Assembly (NCBI RefSeq): GCF_006345805.1
Contig: NC_043006.1
Coordinates: 12,276,001 to 12,340,000, forward strand
Length of the DNA stretch: 64,000 nucleotides
Direction: 5' to 3'
Source: Octopus sinensis
Taxonomy: Eukaryota
The translations under genes were made by a program, and so were the position numbers. This document shows positions 25,166-39,257 of this stretch, piece by piece; the stretch's first letter is position 1, and each line of letters opens with the position of its first letter. Below the pieces are notes generated by a model that saw nothing but the letters and a program-made list of their open reading frames with translations, was not told where the DNA came from and made no database searches.

Positions 25166-25966
25166 AATAACCTCCGTGGAGTACGAGATGACTCTCAAAT
25201 TTTTGTAGAAAATTATGATTAACAGAACTTATCGATAAAGAAAACACGCATCAATCGATTGAGTAAAACAAAAGCAATTACAACCCTCTTTCAAATCACT
25301 AGAACAAGTAAAGGGTATAAAAGAGATAATCCTGGTCACTCTATCGATTCGTTTACAAATGCATAACCTCACTCGTTTCGTAATAGACCTGTAAGTTTCT
25401 CCAACACTGTTACTGCCCCTCCATTCCATTTTTATTACAGTAACAACTATCTTCGCACTTCCAACTCTCGCTCTCTTTCTTATCTTCTCGCTCACCTTTA
25501 CTCCAGTAATTTTTCCTTATGCTCTATCAATCATATTCGATAATAAAAATTTTATCCTGAAGTACGCCTTTAACCGTGGCATTACCCTTAACGCCAGTGC
25601 CCCTGTTCGCCCTCTCCTTACTTTCAATTACTTGTTTTTCAATTGGAAATTTTGGCAGCCTTCTCGAGGATTGCTTTGGGATATGCCTTAGTTATGCCGA
25701 AATATTTAGAAGTTAACTTGGGACCCAAAACCTCTGGATGATAGGTGCTTTGTTCATTACATGAAGCTCTCTCTCTCTCTCTCTCTCTCAGCCCATTTCT
25801 CGTTGTGTGTGGCTGTTTGTGTGCCTCTCTCTGTCTCTCTTTATCTCTCTCTCTCACTCCATCTCCCTATACATATATATATATATATTTATATATATGT
25901 TTATATATATATATATAAATTGACAATCTATTTATCTATCTACACACACACATATCTCAATCCATC

Positions 25967-26021
<55 letters not shown>

Positions 26022-26410
26022 CCTAATTGACCATCTATTTATCTATCTACGCACATACACACACGTATATATTCACTCACATTAGACAATCGTATATCGC
26101 ATTTTAGCATACTGACTGCCTAGCATCTAACGTTTCATTACTTTATCTACAGCTTTGTTATCTAGATTCGGCAGAATATGACTAAACTTTACTTCTTCTT
26201 CATATAATTCCTTCCAAATCCTTTAAGCCAACTGCATGCTCGTCAATCAGTTAGATGATATATCACCGAGCAGTTAATTCTATTGTATGTAATCCCAGTT
26301 TGATAAAGTGAAAGAGATAGCACAATATCTTGAAAAGGAACACGTTCTTTAAAAGCTGGTAAGCTGATACCTCATGCAGTCAGTTATTTAGAATATTTCT
26401 TATATATACG

Positions 26411-26448
<38 letters not shown>

Positions 26449-26574
26449 TATATATGATATATATATTATATATATATATATATATATTATGTTATATATA
26501 TATAATATATATATATAATATATATATACACATATATAGATATGTATATTTAGTATGTATTATATATTACGTAT

Positions 26575-26631
<57 letters not shown>

Positions 26632-26862
26632 TAATATATATATACATATAAATGCATATATATATCATCGTCATATATTAAAGTATTTTAAATATATATA
26701 TATATATATATATACATGCATACATATATATCATCTTCATATATTAAAGTATTTTAAATATATATATATATATATATATACATACATATGTATATATGTA
26801 TATTCTTATTACATACATATGCACATACATATATCTTATCATACAATATATGTATATCAATA

Positions 26863-26909
<47 letters not shown>

Positions 26910-27575
26910 GCTCACTAATTCATATACGTATACATGTATATACACATGTGTGTTCGTGTGTCTGAGCGTGTGTGTCTGTGTGTGTGAGTGAGAGAGAGAA
27001 CACATATTGATTGTAAATTACAAATTACAAGGGAACCGTTTGCCCAGAAAATATATATATAAGAAATGTCAATAGAAATTATTATAGTACACTGTTTAAA
27101 AATACAGATGTAAATTTATCGTCTATTCCTTTTTGGTTTTTCTAATTCTTGTTTCTTTTAGAAAGAACTACAATCAAGTTAGCTATAGTTGAAAATTGCT
27201 CTCAAAACATTACTTGAAGTTTTAGCATTTCTCTCAACATTATCGTTCAAATGGTTTCGTTGCCGAATTTTAGCTAAAGCATTGATGTCTAAATTAAAAG
27301 ATTTATGCTCTCTGATCCATATGTTACATTAAAATTGATCCCCATCTTCTCTTAGATTTACAAACTATAAAGGTATTTAAGTGTTGATGTAAGAGCGTTA
27401 ACAAGACAAATGAAATATTTGCTCGATTTCCCAAAATAAATCACAGGCATCTATATTTTATACGTGGGTTCGATTTGCTTTAGTTTCATGTATATCCTTT
27501 TAGTTTTCCCTCTGCATCGATTCAAGCTCAGTTTTGAATGTTAGCTGTGCTTTATCTAAGAAAGAAGCCCAAACG

Positions 27576-27727
27576 AGGTTGTGCAGTGAGAATTTGCTTC
27601 CCAACCACATGGTTCAGGATTCAGTCCCCACCCTGTGTGGCATCATGGCAAGTGTCTCTTACTATAACCGAGAGTCAACCAAAGCCTTGTGAGTGAATTA
27701 TAGAAACTGTAAAGAAGTGTGTCTCAC

Positions 27728-27793
<66 letters not shown>

Positions 27794-28452
27794 ATACACA
27801 CACAACACACACATATATATATAATATATGTATGTATATACACGATGGGCTCTTTCCATTTTATGTGTATGTATACATACACTCATATATATATGTATTA
27901 TGTATATATATATATTATATATATATAATATATACTAATATATATATACAAATATACATATACATATATATATATATACAAATATACATATATATATATA
28001 TACAAATATATATATACATGTATATACCGGAGTAAACACATAAATGTGAAACAAGGTGGAAAAAAGAGTACTCAAATACCAGTGGTAGAGTAATATGCTT
28101 TATTTTAAGCAGCAGAAAATTCAACAAAATCTGTTACTCTGAGTTTCTCGTTGCCATTCATCAGACAGTTTTTGCTAGAATATATGTATATATATATATA
28201 TAAAAACATAGGCATATGAATACACATATATACACATATATACACGTGTGTGCGGTCCACACTACTCCCTGGCAGTCATTGTTGGCTTGTTTATGTCCCC
28301 CGCAACTTAGCAGTCCGGTAAAAAAGATACGATAGAATAAGTGCTAGGTTGTAAAAATAAGTCCTGTGGTTGATTCTGTCAACTAAATGCCTTGAAAGGG
28401 ATGTCCCAGCAAGGTTTCACTCGAATACTTGAAACCAGTAAAAGTAAAAAGA
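27576..28452 (+). mobile_element. Old SINE family B copy split at its internal microsatellite
   Basis: 5' half at 27576-27727 (CCCAACCACATGGTTCAGG...GGCAAGTGTC...AAAGCCTTGTGAGTG); 3' half at about 28245-28452 (GTCCCCCGCAACTTAGC...GATAGAATAAGTGCTAGG...GAAACCAGTAAAAG). Confidence 0.7.
28131..28168 (-). ncRNA. Minimal type I hammerhead ribozyme, intact core, weakened stem II
   Basis: Minus strand CTGT-CTGATGA-ATG-GCAA-CGA-GAAA-CTCAGAG-TA-ACAG: stem I CTGT/ACAG, GNRA loop II, near-palindromic ACTCAGAGT stem III, GUA site. Confidence 0.72.
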
Positions 28453-30335
28453 TATAATTGATATGTATATCAACTCACACCTCTCACTGCTATGTATTGT
28501 CATATTTTCAGATTCTGTGTCTATATGCAATTCGGAAAGATAATATGATATCCCATCTCTATTGACTGAGAGGGGAGAAGCAGACTATCAACCTGATATA
28601 GTGTAGTTATAGAATTAAAGCATCGGCTAAATGTAGCTGTCAACTTCTTTTCTTATGAGATCTCACGGCTTAGATGCGAGAGGAGAACTTTGGATAAAAT
28701 ATCCTTTAAATTACATAGGCTGATTTTGTTTCTATGTGTTACGCTAGTGCATGTGTAAGTGTGTATAGAACAATATTTTCAACACGAGCGGCATTTTTGT
28801 GTACATATTAGACTGGAGTGAAGCCTGAAATTCAAGAGGAAGATTTCTGATGTGTCTACAGTAAATATTTTGTATCTTGGGAGGATCATTACACCAATAA
28901 TAAACAAGTACTAATTCAATTTCACGTTATTACTAATCAATTGGTTAGTTATTTATCATCCAACTAATCGATCGTTTGCTTAATAAATCCATGATTGAAT
29001 CAATAAGTTTTCTCTGAAAAAGTCCTTTCTTTGACTTTCGCCATCTCATCAATGATTTAAATCAACAGACAATTCATAATTCCTTTAAAATTTGAAACGA
29101 ACATTTTCATATTTTCCTCAGTGCAATGATTGCATGGTTTGACATCTTAACTTGAAATCAGAACAGAAACCACATTACATCCGTCTTCATTTCATATCAA
29201 CCTTGACAAAGCAAAGGAATGCCCAATGACATTCCAAAGTATGACAATTCTACTTGTTTGTGGTGTATGTAGAACTAGATATGTCACCATTATTTTGTAA
29301 GTTTATCGGATTCGATTTTTGAGAGACTTCGTTGTTACATTTACACGTGCAGCGACTGCTTAGAAGTTATTTCTTATGTTTGTAATCTCGTTACGCCTTG
29401 GTTTAGAGGTTTGGTTAATTAAACTGCCTATTATCCTCTTGTGGCATTAATTTTCTTTCATATCAACGATTCCAACGAATAAATTTGTAGTAAGAGATTC
29501 AATATTCCATCAATTACTTCAGTGGAGTTTAATAAAACAATTTGCTTTATTACTTTTCAGTGAATGCGTACGTGACTTCCTGTCTGTGAATTTCTTCAAT
29601 TGATCAATTATTATTTTTTTTTTTAGGTGGAGATGGTGATATTATATAGTACATGAGTACAAAATCCAATGATAACTCTTCATATATCCTTCCTTTATTT
29701 TTTCATTATATATATATATATTTCTTCTGAGGGAGTTTACAGACTGGATAATACAGTGGAACCGTGTAATGTTTACTTTTATCGCAGAATTCCTTTGTTT
29801 GGCAATGACTTAATTCCGAAGCACTGGAAATCGCAGTTGATATTACTTCTACACTATTTAGATTCGACAAAGAATCAATACTGCAATATTTGATGGTATA
29901 TTGTTGCGTTATACAATACACAATGTGCTAGATATACTTGTTTACTTTCAACTCTCCATCTTGATTTTATCTGCGTATTTCATAGAGTTTGTTGAAATAT
30001 TCACAGCATTTTTTCATTTATGCGTGTAAAATGTATGCACACACGCACATACGCATACAGAGACATACGCACACGCACACGTGTGTGTATCTGTGTACGA
30101 GTGTGTGTGTGTGTGTGTGTGCATGTATATTCAGAAGGGTGAATAAAGAAACGAACTGCAGTGGCATTCAACACGTACATCTTGAAAGACATACTTTCAC
30201 GTGAACGAGAATTTAAGTCACACGAGAAACTAAGTCAACCTCTGACTCAGTACACTCACACGCACACATATATACATACACACATATACGTATATATATA
30301 TATATATATATACACACATCTATCTATCTATCTAT

Positions 30336-30384
<49 letters not shown>

Positions 30385-30527
30385 TATGGGAAAGATGACT
30401 TCCTATTGAGCACTTATTGTATTAACCCATTACTTTAGTTCATAATAGCGATATTACTGGAATTATATGTATTTGTCAATATAAATATAAATATATGTCT
30501 ATATCTATCTATCTATACATACATACA

Positions 30528-30559
<32 letters not shown>

Positions 30560-31052
30560 AGCTATTGTGACAATAAAAATTCTTTGAAGGGGTGTTTACA
30601 TTAAGCTTCATCGGTTTAATGCTATATATGGGTGAAACTTTCAGGAGACTTGCCTTTTGTGGTTGTATTAGTGTTTATTTTTTAATATTTGATAGCCACC
30701 AATATCAATTATATTATAGAGTTCAGGTATTTTTTATGCATAGACGTTTGTTTCACTTTGATTACTAATGGGCTATAATTTATTTTAGTATATTATAAAG
30801 AAGAAAATGGAGAGTTTTAACAGAGAACTATCAATTTATTAACATTTTATCAATTTTCATAATGCAATTTTACTTTATAAATTTGTAATTTCAGTGAGAG
30901 TAGATATGGAAACAATTGTAGGCATGTATATATGGTCATAATGTTAAGAAATTGATAGTTCTCTGTTAAAACGCCATATTTTTTAAACATATATATATAT
31001 ATACATATCACAAACACACATATATGTATTTTTGTAGGTATGTATGTAGGTT

Positions 31053-31328
31053 CAATGACCCAGTGGTTAGGGCAGCGGACTCGTGGTCTTAGGATCACGG
31101 TTTCGATTCCCAGACTGGGCGTTGTGTATGTTTATTGAGCGAAAACACCTAATGCTCCACGAGGCTCCGGCAGGGGGTGGTAGCGATCCCTGCTGTACTC
31201 TTTCACCACAACTTTTTCTCACTCTTTCTCCTGTTGGCCTGCTCGCTTAGCCAGCGGGGTGACTTCATTTGAAGGCTAAAACAATGCGATGTGTAGCAAC
31301 ATCTGATAGCCTGGTCGGTCACGGTGAT
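31053..31328 (+). mobile_element. SINE with the family C head and a different 3' body
   Basis: Follows family C to CTCTTTCACCACAACTTT..CTCACTCT, then diverges (GGCCTGCTCGCTTAGCCAGCGGGG...GGTCGGTCACGGTGAT). Confidence 0.75.
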
Positions 31329-31857
31329 TACAGTATGTATGTAGGTGTCGATGTATGCATGTATATTGTTACGATCTTTTAAATAACGTACTATGTGCCT
31401 ATATTTTACACTTATATAAAACATGCATGAACTGAATTTCATACGACAATTTACGATTTCTGAGAAGTATAACTCAATAAAATGAGTGCAGTGGGAAAAA
31501 AACTGTCTCTCTGTTTTCCATTTCAAGATAACTTGATTATTTCTATTTGTCCAGTTATAATCTGGTCTTGTAAGGCTGCCTGCCTAATATAAATGAAATA
31601 TGTAAGAAAGTGATATTGGTTAGTCCAAAGTTAGCAGTGGTCAAGTAGATCCATGATCAAAGGTATTCAATCCGTGACTAACCTTTATTTTTAGACGTAT
31701 TTTATTACCAAATACATTATTCAATATATCGTTCCTTTTTATTAGGTCCTTATTTGATCTTGTTTTATTGTCATTCGCATCGGAAGTCACTAATAATGTA
31801 AGTAATTTCATAGTTTCACGTTAGTCATTATTTACAATCGCTTCAATCACTCCACAG

Positions 31858-31949
31858 GCATTAAGTCCTATAAGAATAATAGATCAATAGTTGATAAGGT
31901 GAATACGACTTTGTCGGTTGAAGCAGGAGCCTTTTATAGCACAAACGCA
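31858..31949 (+). CDS. Candidate internal exon (phase 1 to 0)
   Basis: cttcaatcactccacag|GC ATT...AAC GCA|gtaagt; open frame IKSYKNNRSIVDKVNTTLSVEAGAFYSTNA. Strong donor, no recognisable homology. Confidence 0.25.
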
Positions 31950-33779
31950 GTAAGTGTTAGTATAGACAGCGTCATATTCAACCTCTTCAGTCTTGAAGAT
32001 CAGAAAATGTAGTTGCACTCGACAGCTTTGAATACGATGTAATAAGGAAAGTAATTGAGATGTAAGAGACTTGTTTAGGCACTTCGGCTCAGGAATATTG
32101 ACTAGTTTAAAGAGTGGCATATAAGAGTAAAATTATTTACGCTTTATTCAGGTAATTTATGCTGCAAAAATACGGAATACTGAATAATGTTTTTCTTACG
32201 TATTGCTCTAAATAAACTGGCCTTATATATATGTTGGAAAATATTTATTTAAACGACAGAGTCCTGTGACATTATGTGTTTGGTATCTATGGCATAACTT
32301 ATAATTGTTCAAATGAAATCATTAACTAAAGTATTCAAAGTGTGTTTGTTTATTCTGAATGTTTTTTCCCATTGGTTGAAATAACTTCAGAGTTGACGTG
32401 TGACTTGATTTAAGCGCGTGCGTGCAAAGGGTTAGAACTGCATCAGTTGTTAGGTGGCAAAAAGTTTTTGTACTTCATGAAATTTAAATAAATTTAAATT
32501 GAATTTAACAGCTTTGTGTATTATTCAATAACTGGAATGGCCCCTTCACGGTGTAGTTGCTGTTATATTTTTTCCTATTTTAAAATGTCGTAAATTATCA
32601 TTAATATTTTCAAATTTAAATTGTATTATAATCTGCGATAAACTTTAAAAAAAAAACTATATCTGACAGATAAAGGTTTATCATTCTACTTGTGAATTTG
32701 ATAAATAATAAAATGATGAATGCGTCTCTTTTGACTTCACAAAGAAACAACAATTACTTGCAAGAAACATCAGCTAGAATAAAAAAATCAAAAGATGAAA
32801 AGCACTTCTCAAAATATTTATTAGATCCTCCATTGAAGTAATACCGTTTCAGTAACTCAAAAATTTACACCATTTCATCAAAGCTATAAGTCTCTAAAAT
32901 AGTTTACAATAAATATTTGTTTTACTTATTTTAGTATATAATTAAAAATCGATAAACAATTTTCGCTTGTTTAGCAATGTGTAAAACAGAGAAAGCAAGC
33001 GGAAACCTAATACTTCAAGGATCCAAATACTTTTAAAAGTATAGATGTTGGAAAAAAAATCACAGAAACGAAAATAAAAAAAAAAAAGACTAAATGATTT
33101 ATAGAAAATAAGTTTCAGAATGTTTTTAGATTACAACATTCCCTTGGAGGGGTTTAGAAATAATTCAAAGAATTTCGTACGAAACTTTCGTGCATGACAA
33201 CAAATTTTTCTGTGTTTAAAATATATTTTGAAAAATAACCAATAACTGGTTAATTTAAACAAGTTTTCTGATTGATATTCCTGGTTCGAGGGAAACAAAC
33301 TTGCTTTTATTATATGATCTAAATTATAAATATCCCTAAATAATATCTGTTTTCAAATCCCCAAGCTGATTTTCATAATACTATTATTTCTTTTATGTCA
33401 AATTTCACGTAATTTTCTAATTTACATCCTTTGCCCTGAGTCAAGTAAAGACACAACAAGATGGCTCCCATAGAATTGATGAACGAAAGCAGAAAATATT
33501 CTATAAAGAAATGTAGTTATGTTATAAAGTTTGGTAAATATTATTACGGCTCTTTTCACTTTTCTTTCCCTTCGAGTAAACTTAATTATGTTAACTCTAT
33601 AAAATAACACGCTTTTGGGGAGATTTTGAAGTTGTCCAGCTTCAATATCAACTGTTCAAATCCCTACATTTAGAATTTAGAATGCACTGTTAATTTGTGT
33701 CTTTGAGACGTATAACACTTAATATATCTGGTGTCTTTCTCTTTATATCTATTTAGACATACACATACGCACACATTCA

Positions 33780-33890
<111 letters not shown>

Positions 33891-34245
33891 CTGACTGTCT
33901 GCCTGCCTGTCTGTCTTTCTGTCTGCCTGCGTGCCTCTCTGTCTGTTTGTCTCTCTCTCTATCTGTGTGAGTTTGTATGTATGTACATATGTATACATTA
34001 CCATCATCTTTTAACGTTCATGTTCCATGTTAGCAAGCCTACTTTGGCAGAATTGTTAATATGATAGCTTCGCAACTATACGATCACGGTATCAACTTCG
34101 CAACAAGTAATTTTATGCAAATGTCCTCGAGTTGTCTCATATATAGTGAGAAAAATTAGTTTCAATGAAACTGTACTGAACTTCATGTGATGAACTGTGC
34201 CTCGTATGCAAGTTATAGCTTAGTTATATACTGTGTCACACACAC

Positions 34246-34283
<38 letters not shown>

Positions 34284-34393
34284 TATATATTCATTTAGAA
34301 ATAGTAGGCCTACTATCTCTAAATGAAAATATATATATTTCTCATTGAGAATAATCTGAACTCCTGTGATGCTGGAATTTTTATTCCCTAACA

Positions 34394-34433
<40 letters not shown>

Positions 34434-36374
34434 GAGGATAATATCGATATTTAAGTGTCGAAATTATCAAGTGGCCAGCATGAAAGAAATACCTTACAAA
34501 GGTAAAAAATTTTTAACAATTAAAAATGAGGGTGTCTAAAAGACACCAACATGCCGAAATAGCAGTCGAAACTCTGACTATAAAACCACGTTAAATGTTC
34601 ATATCGCACCATGAGGTAAAGCGGAGGGACAAAACACACAAGCAAAAATTATTGAATAATTCAAGATCCAAGGATTTCTGGTTGTACCCTTGATATATTC
34701 AATTGATGACGGTAAAGCTTATTTAAAGCAGAACCAGAAATATATATAAAATTTTTTATGTATTGGATTAAGTCTTTCCTTGTTTGATTTGCATAATAGT
34801 GGTTTTGTCTCTAATTAATATTATATTATATTTTACTATAAAATTGGATTCAATCCTAAATCTGATTTTTCCCTGTAAATTTGGATTTATTCCCTAATAT
34901 TTATTATTATTATATATATATATATATATATATACATTTACATATATATCTATATACAATATATTGAAAGAGAGAGTGAGCGAGAGAGAGTGAATGAGAG
35001 AGAGAGAGAGAGATGTAGTATGTCCATGTTCAAAGCTTGACCACTTCTTGATTGATGTGCTCTTTCCGTGCATAAAGGAACCGGGACATGATTGAAATTT
35101 GCATTACAAACTGCACAAACATGTTTCACTTCAAAACGCACGATGTTGTTTGTCTTATATTTATGGCTATTGAAATGCCTCTTTAGCCCAGCGCGGGGCT
35201 TACATGTCTTACTACACGTACAACATATGAACCTGTCAGCTGAAATGTTTGTGTCATTTGGGCCAAACTGTACGAAGATGTGTTCTGAGATGTGAAGTTG
35301 TGTCTGCGTTAGAAAGTCAAGTTAGAAAGATGACAGCAATTCTGTATTTCGCAAGGTGTTTTTTTTCCCGTGGTTCTCTTCGATTATGCATACTTCTGTT
35401 TGTTTTCTTCAAAATCTTTTACCCCAGACAAAATCATTTTCGTCATATTTATCTATCATTTTTACATGGTATATTCAACTCCCCATGACTGGCTTGTAGT
35501 AATTTTTTTTGTAACTTTTTGTTATTGCTTTGCACTTCCTGACAAACAGCTGACTCTATAAAGCCTGCTTAGGGATGCGCTCATTCTCCATCTCTACAAA
35601 ATGGTCAGTCTACCTCAGCCGTAAAGAAACCTACATACATATAATTTCACCTTTTTTTAACTAAATATCTTAACCAGAAAAAGTGTATGCGGCTAAGAAT
35701 TTCTTGTATCCTCCAAGATTGGGTAAAATTTCGGAAAATAACAAGAAGTATCAACTACAGTTCATCAGACGGTCTTTCAAAGAACTTCTGTCTACTCACT
35801 TTGCCTCACAATGCTTGTTTGGAACCCAGGTTGTCGTAAAATATAAAACACTTGCGTAATACGTTACATAACAGGAACGAACTCAGAAGCATGCTTTTGT
35901 GAGGCAAGTTTCTCGCATACACGCCTTCACCCTGCGCAGCCTTTCAGCAAATGTAGCTTATTAGATTATCGGATTTCGTTTTCTTAAGCCCATATATTTG
36001 TTGATTTCTCCTCTGCTTATTCTGTTTATTTTATTCTCTGCCAAGAAAATTGCCGTCATATAAACTAAATAATTTGAAAGCACAAATGCCCCTCAACTTC
36101 CTTATGTTCCAATAGTAGCAAAGGTCTAACATTGATTTTCGTTCCTGTTTAGTAATTTCTACATATATTCAACAAATCAGTTTGCCAGCAAAACTCTCTT
36201 GATGCTGTTTAGTTCCACCAGTGATCTATGTTTTGTTGTTTTGTTTTTACGCTCCATGTTTTTGAGATATAATAACATTAGGCACTTTCCTTCTTGACTT
36301 CAGTCCTCTGATACATTCCTAGCATCTATTTCTGGCAGCAAAAATCTTTGATCAAATGAGATTATCGACTGAGC

Positions 36375-36930
<556 letters not shown>

Positions 36931-36941
36931 CACATTAATGC

Positions 36942-36988
<47 letters not shown>

Positions 36989-38309
36989 CGTATATATATA
37001 TGTGTGTGTGTGCGTGTGTGTAAATACATATATATATATATCTGTATGTATGTATTATGTATGTATGTATGTACCTACCTCTCTCTCAGTCTATATTTCA
37101 CCCTTTATTTTCCGTTCATTTATATTTTCTCAGCCCCCACTCACTTCCTCCGTACACACACATCTGAGTGTGCGTGTATGTGTGTATGTGCGCATGCGTG
37201 TATGTATATGTGTGTATGTGTATGTGTGTGTATGTGTGTGTGTTTGTTCGTACATGTATGTGTGCACTTATATTGGTATATTTATGCTTGTCTATGTATG
37301 TAAGCACATCGTAACAAAACCACACGTACATAGCGTCCTAGTTTTCCCCCCAAAATATACCAATATGTAAGAGGCGTAATATAAATCAATGAAAACATCG
37401 TAAATTATGTTATACACCATTGTCGGTAATTGAAACAATATTCTCTGATCATTTTTTATTGAACAACTCATTTAGTTATTTGCCGATATTATTATATCTC
37501 ATTCTCCCATATTATTAACGCGATGCCGATGTTTATGAGACAAACATTATTCGTGAAAACCGCTTTGGTTTTAGCGTTGTTATGACTTGCTCTTATCTTT
37601 GTTGTATCTTAGTAATTTTCTTAAGATAACTTACTGCGTTCGACTAAGTAAAATATATCGTTTTTGGTTTATAGATTCAGGAGGTATGTTTTGTTGGTGT
37701 TTTTGCTTTGTTTGCCTCACACTTATCGTGTCTGTTCCGAAGAATTATTTTTCGCTTGCACGGATATACATATGCTCGATAGATGACAGAAAAGATAGAG
37801 ATGTAATTATTGTGAAGGAAATGGGAATAAAAATGTGTAAATGAGAGGAGAGGGTTTGTGCATGCATTAGGAAGAGTAGGAAAGATTAAAAGTAAAATTA
37901 AAAACAGAAACAGGTAAACAAGAAATAATAGCGAAAAAGAAACAAGAAGCAACGAAAGAATGAAAAATCCGAAGAACGAGAACATGAAAGAATATTTTGA
38001 AATATAATGGAAGATGAAAGGCTTGTTTTATTTGGAAAGGAAACAGAACTCTTAGAAATCATTAAGCTCAAAATCGAAATATTTTAGAGACAATAAATGG
38101 TAAAAGAAAACTTTGTATCTCAATGTTTCTGAATAAACCCCATAGAATAAGCTTAACACGATAGCTATAATCCATTGATTCGCCATTCACTTGCTACAGC
38201 TGCGGCTGTTGTTTTTGTTGCTCTATAACCATAGGTCAGCTGTGACTGAGTAGTCCTATAGGATGCTGGAAATCAATCGAACGACGACATGTGACATACA
38301 GGTATATTA

Positions 38310-38450
38310 TTAGGTTGTCTCAAAAGTTCGTAAACACTTGCGAAAATTGAATTTTTACTCGCCAAGTACTAACAAAAACAACAAAAATTATTCCTCAAAA
38401 TAAAGACCATTATTTTCCAAGACTTTCTACGAACTTTTGGGACAACCTTA
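38310..38450. mobile_element. Tc1/mariner-type MITE
   Basis: TIRs TTAGGTTGTCTCAAAAGTTCGTA / TACGAACTTTTGGGACAACCTTA, with TA on both sides. The TTAGGTTG..CAAAAGT terminus resembles mariner TIRs. Confidence 0.8.
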
Positions 38451-38672
38451 TATTATATTTTCAAACTTGTTACCAATTCAAAAATGCTTGAGTTAGATTC
38501 GAACCGGTAAAAGAACCATTCACTGTAATTTGCCATGGAGAAAATTTCTTGCTGTAGTAAAATTAGGTGTAAATGCACAGAGTTAGTTTACAGAGCTCCC
38601 TAATCAGACTCTTGGATTCATGCAGAACCCTCATCGCTATGAACTGATACGAGGAACATGTCACTCTCAAGG

Positions 38673-38835
38673 TCAAATTCCGCCGAGGTCGACTTTACCT
38701 TTCATCCTTTCGGGGTCGATAAATTAAGTACCAGTTACTCACTGGCGTCGATGTTAATCGACTTAATACCTATGTCTGTCCTTGTTTGTCCCCCTCTATG
38801 TTTGGCCCCTTGTGGGTAATAAAGAAATAGGTATT
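38673..38835 (+). mobile_element. SINE family A, 5'-truncated
   Basis: TCAAATTCCGCCGAGGTCGAC...GGGTAATAAAGAAATAGGTATT. Confidence 0.88.
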
Positions 38836-38864
38836 CCCGTCATCGTTCGATGACTGTTTTTACT

Positions 38865-39257
38865 GGGATGGAAGCACTCCGTCGGTTACGACGATGAGGG
38901 TTCCGGTTGATCCGAATCAACGGAAGAGCCTGCTCGTGAAATTAACGTGTAAGTGGCTGAGCACTCTACAGACACGTGCACCCTTAACGCAGTTCTCGGG
39001 GATATTCAGCGTGACACAGAGAGTGACAAGGCCGGCCCCTTGAAATACAGGTACAACAGAAACAGGAAGTAAGAGTGAGGGAAAGTTGTGGTGAAAGAGT
39101 ACAGCAGGGATCACCACCATCCCCTGCCGGAGACTCGTGGAGCTGTTTTAGGTGTTTTCGCTCAATAAACACTCACAATGCCCGGTCTGGGAATCGAAAC
39201 CGCGATCCTATGACCGCGAGTCCGCTGCCCTAACCACTGGGCCTTTGCGCCTCCACG
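38865..39257 (-). mobile_element. SINE family C, full length, 11-bp TSD
   Basis: Reverse complement of the 23714 family; CTGTTTTTACT at 38854-38864 and 39258-39268. Confidence 0.92.

Noticed and set aside
24960-25700. Possible LINE 3' region spanning the gap
   Set aside because: Only a vague resemblance (SSGSTRVNSHRYLIV), interrupted by 100 N, with no diagnostic motif.
26650-26790. About 65-bp tandem duplication inside a TA-rich tract (and 10-bp triplication at about 6341-6370)
   Set aside because: Ordinary slippage products with no further structure.
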